A stretch of 36,095 nucleotides of DNA from Octopus bimaculoides (taxonomy: Eukaryota): the NCBI RefSeq assembly GCF_001194135.2, contig NC_068987.1, positions 41,180,581-41,216,675 of the forward strand. Direction: 5' to 3'. The position numbers were made by a program, and so were the translations under genes. This document shows positions 10,727-24,232 of the stretch, one piece after another. The notes under the pieces were generated by a model, which saw only the letters and a list, made by a program, of their open reading frames with translations, ran no database searches and was not told where the DNA came from. How positions within the stretch are numbered: the first letter of the stretch is position 1; each line of letters starts with the position of its first letter.

Positions 10727-10810
10727 ATGTGTGTGTGTGTACGCATGTGCATGAATGTGTGTGTATATGTGCATGTGTGTGAGCATGTTGTATGCAGGTG
10801 TATCTTTATG
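10640..10810. repeat. (TG/TA)n microsatellite
   Basis: Visible dinucleotide runs. Confidence 0.9.
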
Positions 10811-10869
10811 TCTATACTACTGCTATTATAACTTTTATTATTATTGTTATTATTTAGTTGTTGATGGTA

Positions 10870-11160
10870 CCATGTAGATGGCACCCACGTATTGTAGTCA
10901 TGGTTGTTGCCATACCATGCAAATGGTACCCACCCATGAGTCACAGTCATGGTTGTTGCTGGTGTCGTGTAAATGGCACCCATGGTGGTGGCATGTAAAA
11001 GCATCCCTTACTCCTGGAGTGGTTGGCGTTAGGAAGGACATCCAACTGTAGAAACCATGCCAAATAGACTGGAACTTGGTGCAGCTGTCTAGCTCATCAG
11101 CTTCAGTCAAACTGTCTAACCCATGCCAGCCTGGAGAGTGGACATTAAATGATGATGATT
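10870..11160 (+). mobile_element. RTE 3'-UTR/tail fragment
   Basis: GTAAAAGCA subrepeats, TTAGGAAGGACATCCAACTGTAGAAACCATGCC, tail GGACATTAAATGATGATG; reverse complement of 15695-15900. Confidence 0.8.
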
Positions 11161-11169
11161 AAGACAATG

Positions 11170-11360
11170 AACTGGCAGAATTGTTAAGCACACTGGGTGA
11201 AATGCTTAGCAATATTTCATGTCTTTATGTTCTGAGTTCAAATTTCGCCCAGGTCAACTTTACCTTTCATCCCAGTTGAGCACTAGGGTCAATGTAATCA
11301 ACTTACCCCCATACCCTAAAATTGCTGGCCTTGTGCCAAAATTTGAAACCATTATTATTG
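11170..11360 (+). mobile_element. tRNA-related SINE, second type
   Basis: GGCAGAATTGTTAAGCAC start, B-box-like GAGTTCAAAT, TTTACCTTTCATCC and a (ATT)n tail; similar fragment at 32225-32330. Confidence 0.6.
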
Positions 11361-11964
11361 TTATTTGGCTCAAGGTGCCTTGACACCACTAATATGTTGT
11401 TCAAGACCATATACTACCAATTCCCTTTGCTAGTAAGTCTCTTAACCACACTCTGACACCTGGTTCATTTCCTCCCATCTTCTACCCCAAATTCATGACC
11501 TTCTCAATTTGCTTCTCTTTGTCCTCTTCCACAGATTTTGTATGCAAACACAGATATCACTGTCCTATTTCTTTTCAATACTATTCACTCCCACATCTTC
11601 CTTTCTTTTCCTTCCCCACTACTTCCCTTTATCTCTCTCCTTCTCTCTTTTTCTCTTTCTCTCCTTTTTTTTTTCTATCTTCTTTCATTCTCTTTTCTAT
11701 ATATATTCATCCTCCTAACTCAGTAGCTGACTACCAAGTGGGTTGCAAGCCCTTGAGAAAAAGCAGGAATTTCTCTAATTATATTTGTTATTCTCTTAAT
11801 GAGAGCATGGTCAAATAATGAGAAGATGAAAAATGTAAAGTATCACCTTATACCTTTAGTTTTCTTATTCTACTATCATAGTGCCACTTACCATTTTCTG
11901 TACTTATTAACCTCACTTCATATCCCTCAAAACTCATTTAGTAATTTCTTTTGTTACAAGACTC

Positions 11965-11980
11965 AGGTTAAGAACCACTG
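11965..11980. mobile_element. Isolated hAT/Charlie-type terminus (AGGTTAAGAACCACTG)
   Basis: 15/16 identical to the TIR at 15286-15301, same orientation; partner end not identifiable. Confidence 0.45.
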
Positions 11981-13309
11981 GTATAAAGTTTAGATGTTAT
12001 TATCAGGCACTGTCATGGTATTAGCTGTCAGAATCGAAAGTAGAAAAATCTAAACAAGGAATGTTACTGCTGGTTTGAGTTGAAATCTGTTTCTTTGGCT
12101 ACTGACTGGCCAGAGCTATCTATCTATCTATCTATCTATCTATCTGTCTGTCTGTCTGTCTGTCTATCTCTCTATCACTCATTTGTTTCCGAATTTATCA
12201 AATTAGAAAAAAAAACTTTTTGGCTACTTCCATCATGTTAGCTCCACACGAGGGGCATATTTTTGGGGTAAATATATTTTTGCATTATTCATTATTGTTT
12301 TTAAAAACAAATCACATACACCAATCAGCACCACCAATGACCACCACCACCACCACGCCTAATCCAAAGCTGGAATTAATCACCGCGATATTGCCATCGC
12401 CACTGCTACAACAGAAAATAGTATTAATTGGCTTAAGAGACATGTACTTTTANNNNNNNNNNNNNNNNNNNNNNNNNNNNNNNNNNNNNNNNNNNNNNNN
12501 NNNNNNNNNNNNNNNNNNNNNNNNNNNNNNNNNNNNNNNNNNNNNNNNNNNNNNNNNNNNNNNNNNNNNNNNNNNNNNNNNNNNNNNNNNNNNNNNNNNN
12601 NNNNNNNNNNNNNNNNNNNNNNNNNNNNNNNNNNNNNNNNNNNNNNNNNNNNNNNNNNNNNNNNNNNNNNNNNNNNNNNNNNNNNNNNNNNNNNNNNNNN
12701 NNNNNNNNNNNNNNNNNNNNNNNNNNNNNNNNNNNNNNNNNNNNNNNNNNNNNNNNNNNNNNNNNNNNNNNNNNNNNNNNNNNNNNNNNNNNNNNNNNNN
12801 NNNNNNNNNNNNNNNNNNNNNNNNNNNNNNNNNNNNNNAAATCAAGAGATATGCTGAAATATTATCAAATCATTATAGTAACATACTAAGAAATATTAAC
12901 TTAATTTTAAAAGATTGAAAACTATTTTAAAATTTTAGCAAGATGAAAAGTATGATATATTTCAAAATAAGAAATAAAACAAAAAATATCACTCAATTTA
13001 ATAAAGTCTCAAAAAATTAAAACACAGATCGAAAAATAAAAAATTTTAACAATAAAACCAAAATCTTAAATATTAACTGTTTATGTTAAAAATATAGTAA
13101 ATTATTTTGTAAGAAAAAAAATTATATAAAGCCAAATGTTAAACTAAAATCCAGATTTAAATATTACAGAAAGTACTAGGTAAAACTAAAAGCTATGCAA
13201 AATCTTTTCTTTTTTAAAGAAACTTTTTTTAAATATTTTCATACAAGTAAATACAATATTATATAGTAAAAATTTTCGTATAACTTTTCTGCACATCAAA
13301 TAATTTGCA

Positions 13310-15301
13310 ATGGGTGCAAAGAAACAGAAGTGTCTTAACAAATATATTCAATTTGGATTTGTGTCCCTCCAAAAGAGTGACACAGAAGTCCCCTAGTGTG
13401 TGATATGTTACAAAACTTTGAGTAATGATGGAATGTGGCTCTCACACTTGGAATGCCACTTGAAGACAAAACATCCTGCTCTTGCAGACAAGTCCAAGGC
13501 ATTTTTTGAAACAAAAAGACATTCCTTGAAGCAAGCTAAGTTGGATGGTGGGGGGAATTTCAGCAGCAAACTTCAATGGTTGTTGAGGCTTCCTGTGAGA
13601 TCGTCATATTGATTGCAAAGAGCAAGAAGAGCCATAACATTGGAGAGTCTCCCATAAAACCAAGTCTACTCCATGCAGCAGAACTCATTCTGGGGAAAGG
13701 TAGTGCAAACAAGCTTTCCCAGATTTCACTATCAAATGATACAGTCAAGGGAAGGATCGACAACTTGTCTCAAGACACCAAAGATCAAATTCTCGACCAA
13801 GAGATTCTCTTGTTTTCGCCATCCAGTATGACGAAATGACTGACATTGCTCAATGCTCTCACCTACTGGTATATGCTCATTTTGTGTCAGGCAACTGTGT
13901 AAAAGAGGAAATATTGTTCTGTCACCCTATGGATAGTTGTACAGCAGCAGCAGCTATTTTTCATGATGTATCAAACTTCTTTCAGGAAAACCATCTTTTG
14001 TGGGATTCACTGGCAGGGGTTGTGCACTGATGGAGCTCCAGCTATGCTTGGTTTGCAGTCTGGATTCATTACTAGTGTGAAAGAAAAAAAAAACCCATCT
14101 GTTGTAGGTACACACTGCATACTTCATCATGAAGCCTTAGCATCCAGAACCTTACCTACTGAAATGAGAAATGTCTTGAACATGGCAATCAAGGTTGCCG
14201 ACTTCGTTAAAGGTGGTGCTTTAAACAGTCGTCTTTTCAAACTGCTGTGTAAAGATATGGAATCTGAACATAAAGCATTGTTCTTTCACACAAACGTATG
14301 ATGCCTATCAAAGGGGGAACATTCTTAGATGGCTTTATGAACTACTAGAAGTAGCAATATTTCTAGATTTGTAGCAGAAAGCAGATCTCCATGACAAGTT
14401 TCAGTCTGAAGGCTTTCAGCTATCTCTAGCTTACCTGGTGGACATCTTTGAAGTGTTGAATGCTCTTGACCTTAAACTATTAGGGAAAAACACCAACATT
14501 CTCATGCACCATGACCTCATTCGAACCTTCATGGCCAAACTCGACCTCTGGAAATGTCAAATTCAAGAGGGAAATACAGCCAGTTCTAGTTGCTTGGATT
14601 TTGCTTTCATTCACGGTAACCTTGATTCTGAGTTAAAGAAACAAATAATCACTCATCTAACTGACTTGAAAACAGAATTCATTAGATACTTCCCAGATAT
14701 AGATGAAAGGCATGAAACTTGAAAATTCATCAGCAACCCATTTCAGTGTGAAGTGACTGATGTTTTGGATGAAGTGCAAGAGGAGTTTCTTGAGCTGAAG
14801 TTCAACTCTCCAGCTAAGGAAGACTTCAAAGAACTGGATCTTGAAACGTTCTGGATCAAGTACCTTCCTCTTTATCCTCTAATCTTACATCAGGCTCATT
14901 GGATTTTAGCTATGTTTGGATCCACATATCTCTGTGAAGCTGCATTTTCCACGCTCATTGCTGACAAGACCAAATACAGAAACAGACTGAATGTTGAAAG
15001 GGACTTACATTGTGCACTCTTTGGCATTCAACCATGCATTCAAGATTTTGTAGCTAAGAAGCGGTGTCAAGTATCTCACTAATAGTGTGACTAATTCAAT
15101 AAAAAACATTTTCTTACTAAGAAGCAGTATCAAGTATCTCACTTTTTGTATAATGTGACTAATTCATATTCAATAAAAAGACTAAAAACATTTTAGATTT
15201 TATTTAAAATCTGGAAGGGAATTTTATTCATAGATGCAAAGGGGCGTGGAGAAGACAAATTCCTAGGGGAGGTATGGTAGCAAAAAGGTTAAGGACCACT
15301 G
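13310..15301 (+). mobile_element. hAT Buster/Charlie-type DNA transposon with decayed transposase (ATG 13310, stop 15082) and right TIR
   Basis: BED-type CVICYKTLSND...HLKTKH, DEMTD, TDGAPAM, HCILHHEALA and TYLCEAAFS motifs with stops and frameshifts. TIR AGGTTAAGGACCACTG followed by ATATATTA (central TA). Left TIR not seen. Confidence 0.9.
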
Positions 15302-15512
15302 ATATATATTAAAATATTTCTATCAACTGGTTCATATTTTGAAATGTTTTAACTAAGAACGGTCTTACGCAATGAATGCATTTCCTATTGTATTGCAAAC
15401 CTGAAATTCATGTATTAACTGATTTTAAAATATCAGTTTGGTTTGACTTCATTATTTCAACTTACATATATGTGTGCATGTATGTATATACATATACATA
15501 TATACATATATA

Positions 15513-18500
15513 TTAGGTTGTTCGGAAAATATTGTCTGATTTTTTGAAAACATTTTTTTCGAATTTGATTTAAGATGTTATTTTTGTAGTGTTTTAGATG
15601 AAATTTTATAAACTTAATAACTAATGTGTACTCTTTAATAAATTTTTATTGATTTCTTTTAGACTAGAATTTTTAAGTGCAGAAATTCTTAATTTCATCA
15701 TCATCACCATCATTTAATGTCCACTTTTTATGCTGGCATGGATTGGATGGTTAGACTGAGGACTGGCAAACCAGGAGGCTGCACCAGGCTCCAATCTGAT
15801 CTGGCAGGGCTTCTACAGTTGGATGCCCTTCCTAACACCAACCTCTCTGAGAGTGTAGTGGGTGCTTTTTATATGTCACCAGCATGGGAGCCAGTCAAGC
15901 AGCACTAGCAACAACCATGCTTGAATGGTGCTTTTTACGTGCCACCAGCACGGATGCCAGTCAGGCAGCACTGGCATTGGCCATGACTACAATTTCACTT
16001 GACTCAACAGGCCTTCTCAAGCACAACATATTGCCCAATGATTAAAGGGTACTTTTAAATGGGCCAGTTATGTGACACTGGCATTGGCCACAGCTACGAT
16101 CTCACTTGACTTGCCAGGTCTTCTCAATCATAGCATATCTCCAATGGTCTTGGTCACAAGTCATTGCCTCTGTGAGGCCTAACGTTCAAAGGTCGTGCTT
16201 CATCACCTCATCCCATGTCTTCCTGGGTCTACCTCTTACACAGGTTCCTTTCACTGTTAGGGTGTGACACTTCTTCACACAGCTGTCCTCATCCATACAC
16301 CACACATAACCATACCAGTGCAGTCGTCTCTCTTGCACACCACGTCTGATGCTTCTTATATCCAACTTTTCTCTCAGGTGCTTACACTCTGTTGTGTATG
16401 CACACTGACATTACATATCCAGCAGAGCATACTAAGGTCATTTCTTTCAAGCCTATGCATGTTCTCAGCAGTCACAGCCTGTGTTTCACTGCCATGTAGC
16501 ATGGTTGTTTGCACACATGCACCATACAGTCTTGTTACCAACAGAGGTAGGAGCTCTCTGAACTTTGCCCAGGCTATTCTTATTCTAGTAGCTATGCTCT
16601 CAGAGAATCCACCCTGCTACTGACTTAGTCACCTAGGTAACAGAAGCTATCGGCTACTTCTAGTTTTTCCTCCTGGCATGTGAATCTGTTTTCTGTACAT
16701 CTTTGGTGTTTATTACCCCTGTGTATCTGTCACACACAAAAACTATCTTCCCATTTTATGGAGTTTCTACCTACGCCTTTTCTACAGATCAAGCAGGGCC
16801 TGAAAGGGCTTGTGATTATTTGTCTGCCCCCACTACTTACTAAGACTTTGGTTTTTGCTGGATTGACTATAAGGCCCTTCGATTCTACACTTGCTTCCAC
16901 ACATGAAACTTCTTCTCTAGTTCTGGTTGTGACTCAGCTATTACAGCAAGGTCATCAGCATAGAGAAGCTCCCAGGGTCAGCCTGTCAAGAATTCCTCTG
17001 TTATTGCCTGGAGGGCTATGATGAATAAGAGGGGGCTGAGGACTGACCCTTGGTGAAACCCCACTTCTACCCGGAATTCTTCACTATACTCATTGCCAAC
17101 CCTCACATTACTGACAGCATCCCTGTACATGGCTTGTACAGCTCTCACTAACCACTCATCTATCCCTAGTTTCTGCATTGATCACCAGATAATGGATCGG
17201 GGGGACCCTGTCAAAGGCTTTCTCCATGTCAACGAAAGCCAAGTACAGAGGTTTATCTTTGGCTAGGAATTTCTCCTGCGGCTTTTTACCAGAAATATAG
17301 CATCAGTGGTGCTTCTCCCTGGCACAAACCCAAACCGCATCTCATCTAAACTAACTCTCTTCCTAATTAGTTGGGCTATGATCCTCTCTGTGATGAACCT
17401 GATCCAACAATTTGATACCTCTGTAATTATTCCAAACTAATGTGTCACCTTTACTTTTGTTGCAGTTGACTATGGTGCTGCTACACCAGTCATTGGGTAT
17501 GACTCCTTTGTGTATCACCTGGTTAACTATATGGGTGACTAGGCTATAGCCAACACTACCAGATATTTTGAGCATCTCTGCAGTGATTCCTGATGAGCCG
17601 GGAGCTTTCCCTGTCTTCACACCCCTAATTGCTTTATCTACCAAGGTACTATTAATTTGAATAACTAGCCTGTCTGCTGGGTCGACATTTGGCAGACTCT
17701 CTTTTCCCATTCATTTAGCAACCTGTCATAGTGGCATCTCCAAGTCTCTCTATTTGCAGTATCATTAAATGCAAATAAGCCATCATCCATGCAGATATAT
17801 TTCTTCCCTATGACATCATAATTGTCTCTCACATACTGTCTTGCAACATGAAACATATCAAGTCTCTGGTCTTCAAGATGCAGAACATTGGAAATTTTTT
17901 CTTATCTGCTTCCCCTCTGGCTAAGTAAACCTGCCTCCTAGCTTCTCTTCTGGCAATCTGATATAGTTCCCTGCTACCACCACAGTTCCAATCCTTCCAT
18001 ACCCGTTTCTTTTTCCTAAAGGCCCTGTCAACTACATTGTTCCACTACCACGTTACCTTAGGTCGAGAAGGGACTTTGCACCAGCCACAGATCTGGTCAG
18101 AAGCCCTCAACAGGTTGTCCTGTAGGAACCCCCTGTTGTCCTCCACATTATGTGATGCTATATCCTCCACTTTTTTGTAAAAAGCTTCAAGTAATATGTC
18201 TCTAAATCTATCCATTCCCAGGATCCTTAAGCTACCAGACTCTTTTTTTCTCTGCTGGTCATCTTTTGGGCAGTCATTTAGCCCTGATCCTAAAGTCACT
18301 AACTACTAACCTATGTTGTGGGGTGCATTCTTCCCCTGGGAAAGTTTTGGCACTTATAAGCAGTCATCTTTCCTGTGTCCTGGTGAGAATGTAGTCAATC
18401 TGACTAGTGTGCCCACCGGACTGGTAGGTGAACAAATGATTGGCAGGTTTTCTGAAGTTAGTATTATAGATCATAAGATCATTTGCATCACAGAACCCCA

Positions 18501-20692
18501 GCAGCCTGGTTCCCTCCTCAATGTGGGAACCAAATCCATTGCTATCATGTACACCATGGAAGCCCCATGCATGTTGTCCAACATGCCCATTGAAGTCGCC
18601 AGCGACAAAGAGAAGGTCCTTGTCATTCGTCAATAAGGTAGTCTGCAAGAGAGTGTCATAAAATCGGTGTTTCTGTTCATCAGGTAGCCCTGGCTGAGTG
18701 TCATAAGCCAAGATAATGGTTGCTAATCCATGTTGCAGCACTAGTCTAAGCTTAAGTATCGCAGACTGTCTACCTCAATTATCTTATCAACCCATTTCTC
18801 CACACGGAGTATACCCACGCCCTCAACCCCATCAGTGTTCCCTACCCAGAAAACCTTATACCTAAGTTATTTGCCTGTGAGGAACCTAGCAGAACTTCCT
18901 CTCCACCTTACTTCTTGGATGCAGCACAAATCTATATGTCTCTATTCAAGCATCTCAACAATCTCACCAGACATACCTTTCAATGTGCCAACACTAAGTG
19001 TGCCAACTCTGAGGGTGTGGAAGATGTGGGCTGGTGAGATGAAGGACAGCAGCATTATGCATCTGAAAAGAAAGTTCGCATTTGGCAGATCTCGTAAACA
19101 TACAAATAGCCCTCAACCTGCATGCACTACACCATCATTTTATTCACTACATAATCAGTATGTTCAACAGAGATAGACACTAGGTAGGAATGGCGAAGTA
19201 AAGGAGGGAGGAAAGTGTTCCATATAGTAAGCCGTTAGAGGTGCTCAGGAGAAAGACATCCGGTAGAGGTGGTGGTTTGCATAGCAAACGGCAAAGCACT
19301 GTGGCTGCCCTATTCCCAAGTAGAAGCCAATGTGGCATAGCCACAGACAAAGCTAGTAACTGATTAACAATCAACATGGGAAAAGTAAGTGGTTAAAGAA
19401 ACAGAGAGAGAGAGCGGTGAAATTTTCGAAAACAAAACATGAAGAGATGGAATTTTCGAGATTTAGAGAGAGTAAACAGAATTGAACATTTGCATTCTTA
19501 ACATTAACTATAGCTATAACTATAACCTACAGTATGGAGTAATCCAAACTTTGTGACAAAAATAGATAAATAAATGAATGAATAACAATAATAATAATTA
19601 TAATGAGTGTTCAGGTGAAAGCAAATTGAACCGAATTGAACATAGGGTTTCTTAAGTTTACTATAACATACGGTATGGAATAAATAAAACTGTGTGGGTA
19701 CATAGATAAATTAATGAATAATAATAATTATAATTTGTGCAGTAAAATGAGGTTTAGATGTGTTCTAGGTTGGAAACAAGAGTTGCTTATTTGAATATTT
19801 TCTCTTTTTCTGACTTCCACTTCATGAGGAAAGGTTGTAAATAAGGGGCAAAGAATCTGAAGGAAGCTAATTTACATAGGATGGGGTGAGGGAAGCAGAA
19901 GTAATATCCTCGTATTGGCCAAAGAACAGCAAACAGCAAAGTACTGTGGCTGCCCTATTCCCTAGTAGAAGCCAATGTGGCATAGCCATAGACAAAGCTG
20001 AAAAAAGAAGAAATGCATTTACTTTTTTTGCATGAATTCAAGCTTGGATATAATGCTTCCCAAACAGCTGCCAATATCACCAGAGCATGGGGTGAAGGGT
20101 CCACTAGCGATTGGACAGTACAACGTTAATTTGAGAGATTCCTTAGTGGAGATGAGAGCCTTGAAGCTCAAGAAGGTAGAGGACATCCATTCAGCTTTCT
20201 GGAACCTAACCAGACTATCACAATGAAAATTTATTGTAAGCGACTAGAAGAAATGTATGTTCACTTGAGCAAAATGAGACCTGCACTTGTTAATTGATGT
20301 GGTCCAATTCTGCTCCATGACAATGCTCAAACACATGTTTCCAGGATGATCCTGCAAAAACTCACAGACTTGGGATACGAGACTTTAACCACACCCTCCA
20401 TATTCTCCTGATCTTTCACTCACCAACTACCACTTTTTCAAGTATCTAGACACTTTTTTAAGGCAAAAAACCTTCCATCCCAAAACTGAGGTCAAAACTA
20501 AATTCAAGGATTTCTTGGCCTCAAAACCTTTGGACTTTTATTGAACAAGCATAAATCACGTTTTTAATTGATGGGAGAAAAGCACAGCTGTTCAGAGATC
20601 ATATTCTGAATAATTAAACCTTTGTGTAAGTTCAGTTTTTCAAGAATATAGGCTTATTTTTAAAATTGGCCATCATTTTCCGAAAAACCTAA
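15513..20692 (+). mobile_element. Mariner element with both TIRs, internally deleted and split by an RTE insertion
   Basis: TIRs TTAGGTTGTTCGGAAAAT and ATTTTCCGAAAAACCTAA (17/18), both flanked by TA. Transposase remnants at 20000-20600: HEFKLG...SGDESLE, LLHDNAQTH, YSPDLS. Confidence 0.88.
15695..19999 (-). mobile_element. Near full-length degenerate RTE LINE nested in the mariner
   Basis: (GAT)n tail at 15695, RT pieces (16978-17710), endonuclease VAGDFNGHVG...IDYIL (18364-18741), 5' region to about 19999. Confidence 0.9.
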
Positions 20693-21249
20693 TACACACA
20701 CACATACATACATACAAACAGACATACATACACAAACAAACATATATACATACATATCACACAAGACAGAACTGATTATCTCAAGGAAAAATGTGTCCAT
20801 TTCATTACGATATTGCAATGTTACTGCCAATGTTTCACATCAATTATATTCATTTAAATTTTACAACACTAAAGGTGACAACCTTATTACATAGTATGTA
20901 CCTATTTGACAAAATTGATATCTTTTGAGATAATCAATAATGTGTTCAATATTAGAGAATTTATTTTTTAAAAATCAGAGATAATCATATTAGCCTGGTT
21001 CTTCTGTCCCCACTCACTTCTACTCAGCTCATACATTAAAGGTCCCCCCAGACTACTCATCACCACTATTCTTATCTCTTCAAAGCTCCATCCTGATCAC
21101 CCACAATCTCTCTTCTAAAATGTGAGTAGTCTTGTAGCTCCTTTACAGCAAGAAACCTGTTTTGCTGTGGCCCCTTCTATCAATATCTGAACCCCTTAAC
21201 TCCCAGCATAAAGCTTCCTCTCTCAGGGCTTATAGTCTAATGAGCTGCA

Positions 21250-21450
21250 TGGTAATCTCACTAGTACTTGTGCCATAAAAAAGAGCACCTAGTACACTCA
21301 GTGGTTAGTGTTAGGGAGAGCATCCAGCCACAAAATCCATGCCAAAGTAGACACTGGAACACACTGCAGTCCTTCGACTTGTCAGATCCTGTCAAACCAT
21401 TCAACTCATGCTAGCTTAGAACACGGACATTAAATGATGATGATAATGAT
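21250..21450 (+). mobile_element. RTE tail fragment
   Basis: CATCCAGCCACAAAATCCATGCC...GGACATTAAATGATGATGAT. Confidence 0.75.
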
Positions 21451-21467
21451 GAATCAAATAATTTAGC

Positions 21468-21590
21468 TGGCTGTGTGGCTAACAAGTTTATTTCACAACC
21501 ACATGCTTTGGGGTTTGGTCCCAGCAGCTGGTTCAATTAACTCTTTATGTAATCCATGCTATCATGGAAGAAATAGGCATTAAACAAATT
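21468..21590 (+). mobile_element. Degenerate SINE fragment
   Basis: GGCTGTGTGGCTAACAAGTTT...GGTTTGGTCCCA resembles the head of 33290-33635. Confidence 0.5.
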
Positions 21591-22304
21591 TAAACAAGAA
21601 GTCCTATAGTGCTGGCCTTGAAATGATCAGCTAAATATCTTAGCATTTATTTAAGGACTTTCTAAACCTGTCACCTACCTTTTTTTCTTTCTTATCTGGT
21701 ACAGAATGTACAGAGCTGAAACAGACACTGCAGATGATCTCACCTGATGCTCTAACAATACAGAAATCCACATCTTGGACTTGAAAGATAAGAATTTTAA
21801 TTACTATTAAAAGACTATGCTAACTGTAGACTGACAGGTAAGTGGATATCCCTCTGACAGAAAGTGGTGACCATAATTCCTTTGAAGAAAAACAGTTACA
21901 GATAATAGAGATAACAGATACTTCTTGTCTATATCCTAAGATTTAAAAAGAGATAAACTTATGATAGAACAAAAAGCAGAATGTTAGTTTTAATTCATAT
22001 TTATATATTTGATTGTTGTTTCCATTAACAAATTTTGGTCTATTTGTTTTGTAATTTATATTCTATATTTTTACAGCAATTATATAGTTTTTTAATATCT
22101 TTTAAGTATTTTTATAACTTTTGTCACCATGAATCTATAAGCTACTCAGTAAAGAGAAAATGCTATAAAACAATGGGAAGCTCAATGTGATTCAGTAGTG
22201 CTATCAAAGCCAGTCACCAGTATACAGCTGCTGGATCATATTCATTTATATGATTATTTGTAAAGTAATTTATGTAATAGTATGAGTTAATAGTAAATAA
22301 ATAG

Positions 22305-22560
22305 GAAAACAGACAAGTCACAGTTCCCTGATAAGTAGGAAAATAGACAAGCCACAGCTCCCTTCAGGGAGATGGCCCTGCTCAATATGCAGAAAAGGTG
22401 TCGGGAGAAACTTCATAAGGTGTACTGAGTGCAAGCTATGGACACATAAGCGGTGCAGCAATATCACCAGAAGACTAACAGAGAAAGTAGTCTTTACATC
22501 TGGAAGATGTGGAGGTACATTAAACACCAGGAATGTACAAAAGATAGACTCCCTCAAATG
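22305..22560 (+). mobile_element. RTE LINE fragment (C-terminal Cys-rich region)
   Basis: Translates to PSGRWPCSICRKGVGRNFIRCTECKLWTHKRCS, same as the 34229-35335 ORF but on the opposite strand. Confidence 0.85.
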
Positions 22561-23767
22561 TTGGTAATGGGGTAATTAACCCTCCCCCATTAGCAGCAGA
22601 ATGTTCGAACCGTTGGAAGAAGCAACAGGATATCCTACACCGTAATGTTTGAAAGTTTGGCATATTACTTTTGTTGTTGTTGTTATTGTTGTCATCATCA
22701 TCGTCATCATCACTGTTATTGCTACTAGAACATTAATAACTCGTGTAAAATTAACTTCCACATAAACCCTTCCAAAATATATAGAAATAACACACACACA
22801 CTCAGCAAAACTTCCTTTTTAAATAACACTTACAGCTTTCTAAATACGGCAGATAGCACTGATGCCACAAACCGAGTATGTGGTAGAATGCCTGTGTATA
22901 AACACTTGTATATGTATACATGTGAGTAAGGGAATATCCAAGTAAGCTTATGCACATGAACCCACACATATATATATGCATTGGAGTGTCTATAGCTATT
23001 TATAATGTTTGTAGGCTCTTTATGTGCCTTAAATTTTTAGGTTTTTTTAATATATTTTTACATTTCCCAAATGCTATATTTTCATTTTTCATTTATGTAT
23101 TTTTTATTATTATTATTTTTTTCCTGCTGTACCCTTATTTTTATTTTTATTTTATTTTTTTATTTTTATTTTTATCTTATTTTTGCTATTGTTTTTGTTC
23201 TTGTCTCTACTACACCTCTGTTTTTACCTCTTGCTCTATATTTGTATGAAACCCTTTGTGAATCTCTGAAGAGACCTAGCGGTTCGGGCATGCAAAAAGC
23301 TGTAAAATTAAACTCCTGTTCATTCTCTAATTCCTTATGTACTTTGTACTTCTATCTGTAAACCCGGTTGGCAAAATAACATGGTTTGTCATAAACACCT
23401 GTACTTTGTGGGGTTTTTTTTTTTTTTNNNNNNNNNNNNNNNNNNNNNNNNNNNNNNNNNNNNNNNNNNNNNNNNNNNNNNNNNNNNNNNNNNNNNNNNN
23501 NNNNNNNNNNNNNNNNNNNNNNNNNNNNNNNNNNNNNNNNNNNNNNNNNNNNNNNNNNNNNNNNNNNNNNNNNNNNNNNNNNNNNNNNNNNNNNNNNNNN
23601 NNNNNNNNNNNNNNNNNNNNNNNNNNNNNNNNNNNNNNNNNNNNNNNNNNNNNNNNNNNNNNNNNNNNNNNNNNNNNNNNNNNNNNCTATGAATTAAATT
23701 AATGAATTCAACGGGATACACTGTCTGCAAGTAGTTGGGTTCAGCATATTATCCTCCATTTTCTAAT

Positions 23768-23803
<36 letters not shown>

Positions 23804-23869
23804 GCACAGACATGCACACATTGACAAGAAGACTAGTACCCCTGCAGCAAAAGTGTCAAGACTAATCCT

Positions 23870-24135
23870 GCTGGTGGTGTAAAGCACTTGTGGTGATGCC
23901 ATGTAAAAATACCCGTGCAGTGCTACATAAAAGTGCCCATGTGGGACCACATAGAAACGCCCATGTAAAGCCATGTAAAAGCACCCAGCACACCCTGTTA
24001 AATAGCTGACATTAAGAAAAGCACCCAACTGTAGAAAGCATGCCAAATAAGACTGGAGTCTGGTACAGCTCCCCAGCTCTGGTCAAACTGTCCAACCTGT
24101 GTTAGCATGGACAACAGACATTAAATAATGATAAT
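23870..24135 (+). mobile_element. RTE 3'-UTR/tail fragment
   Basis: GTAAAAGCACCC subrepeats and tail GACATTAAATAATGATAATG. Confidence 0.75.
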
Positions 24136-24161
24136 GATAAATATATATATATACATACATA

Positions 24162-24232
<71 letters not shown>

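Noticed and set aside
12220-13300. ORF 12220-12918 and a very A/T-rich stretch after the gap (possible NUMT or exon)
   Set aside because: The ORF is mostly N, and no mitochondrial or protein motif is recognisable.
15053-15195. About 60-bp tandem duplication at the hAT transposase stop
   Set aside because: Ordinary slippage duplication inside a dead element.
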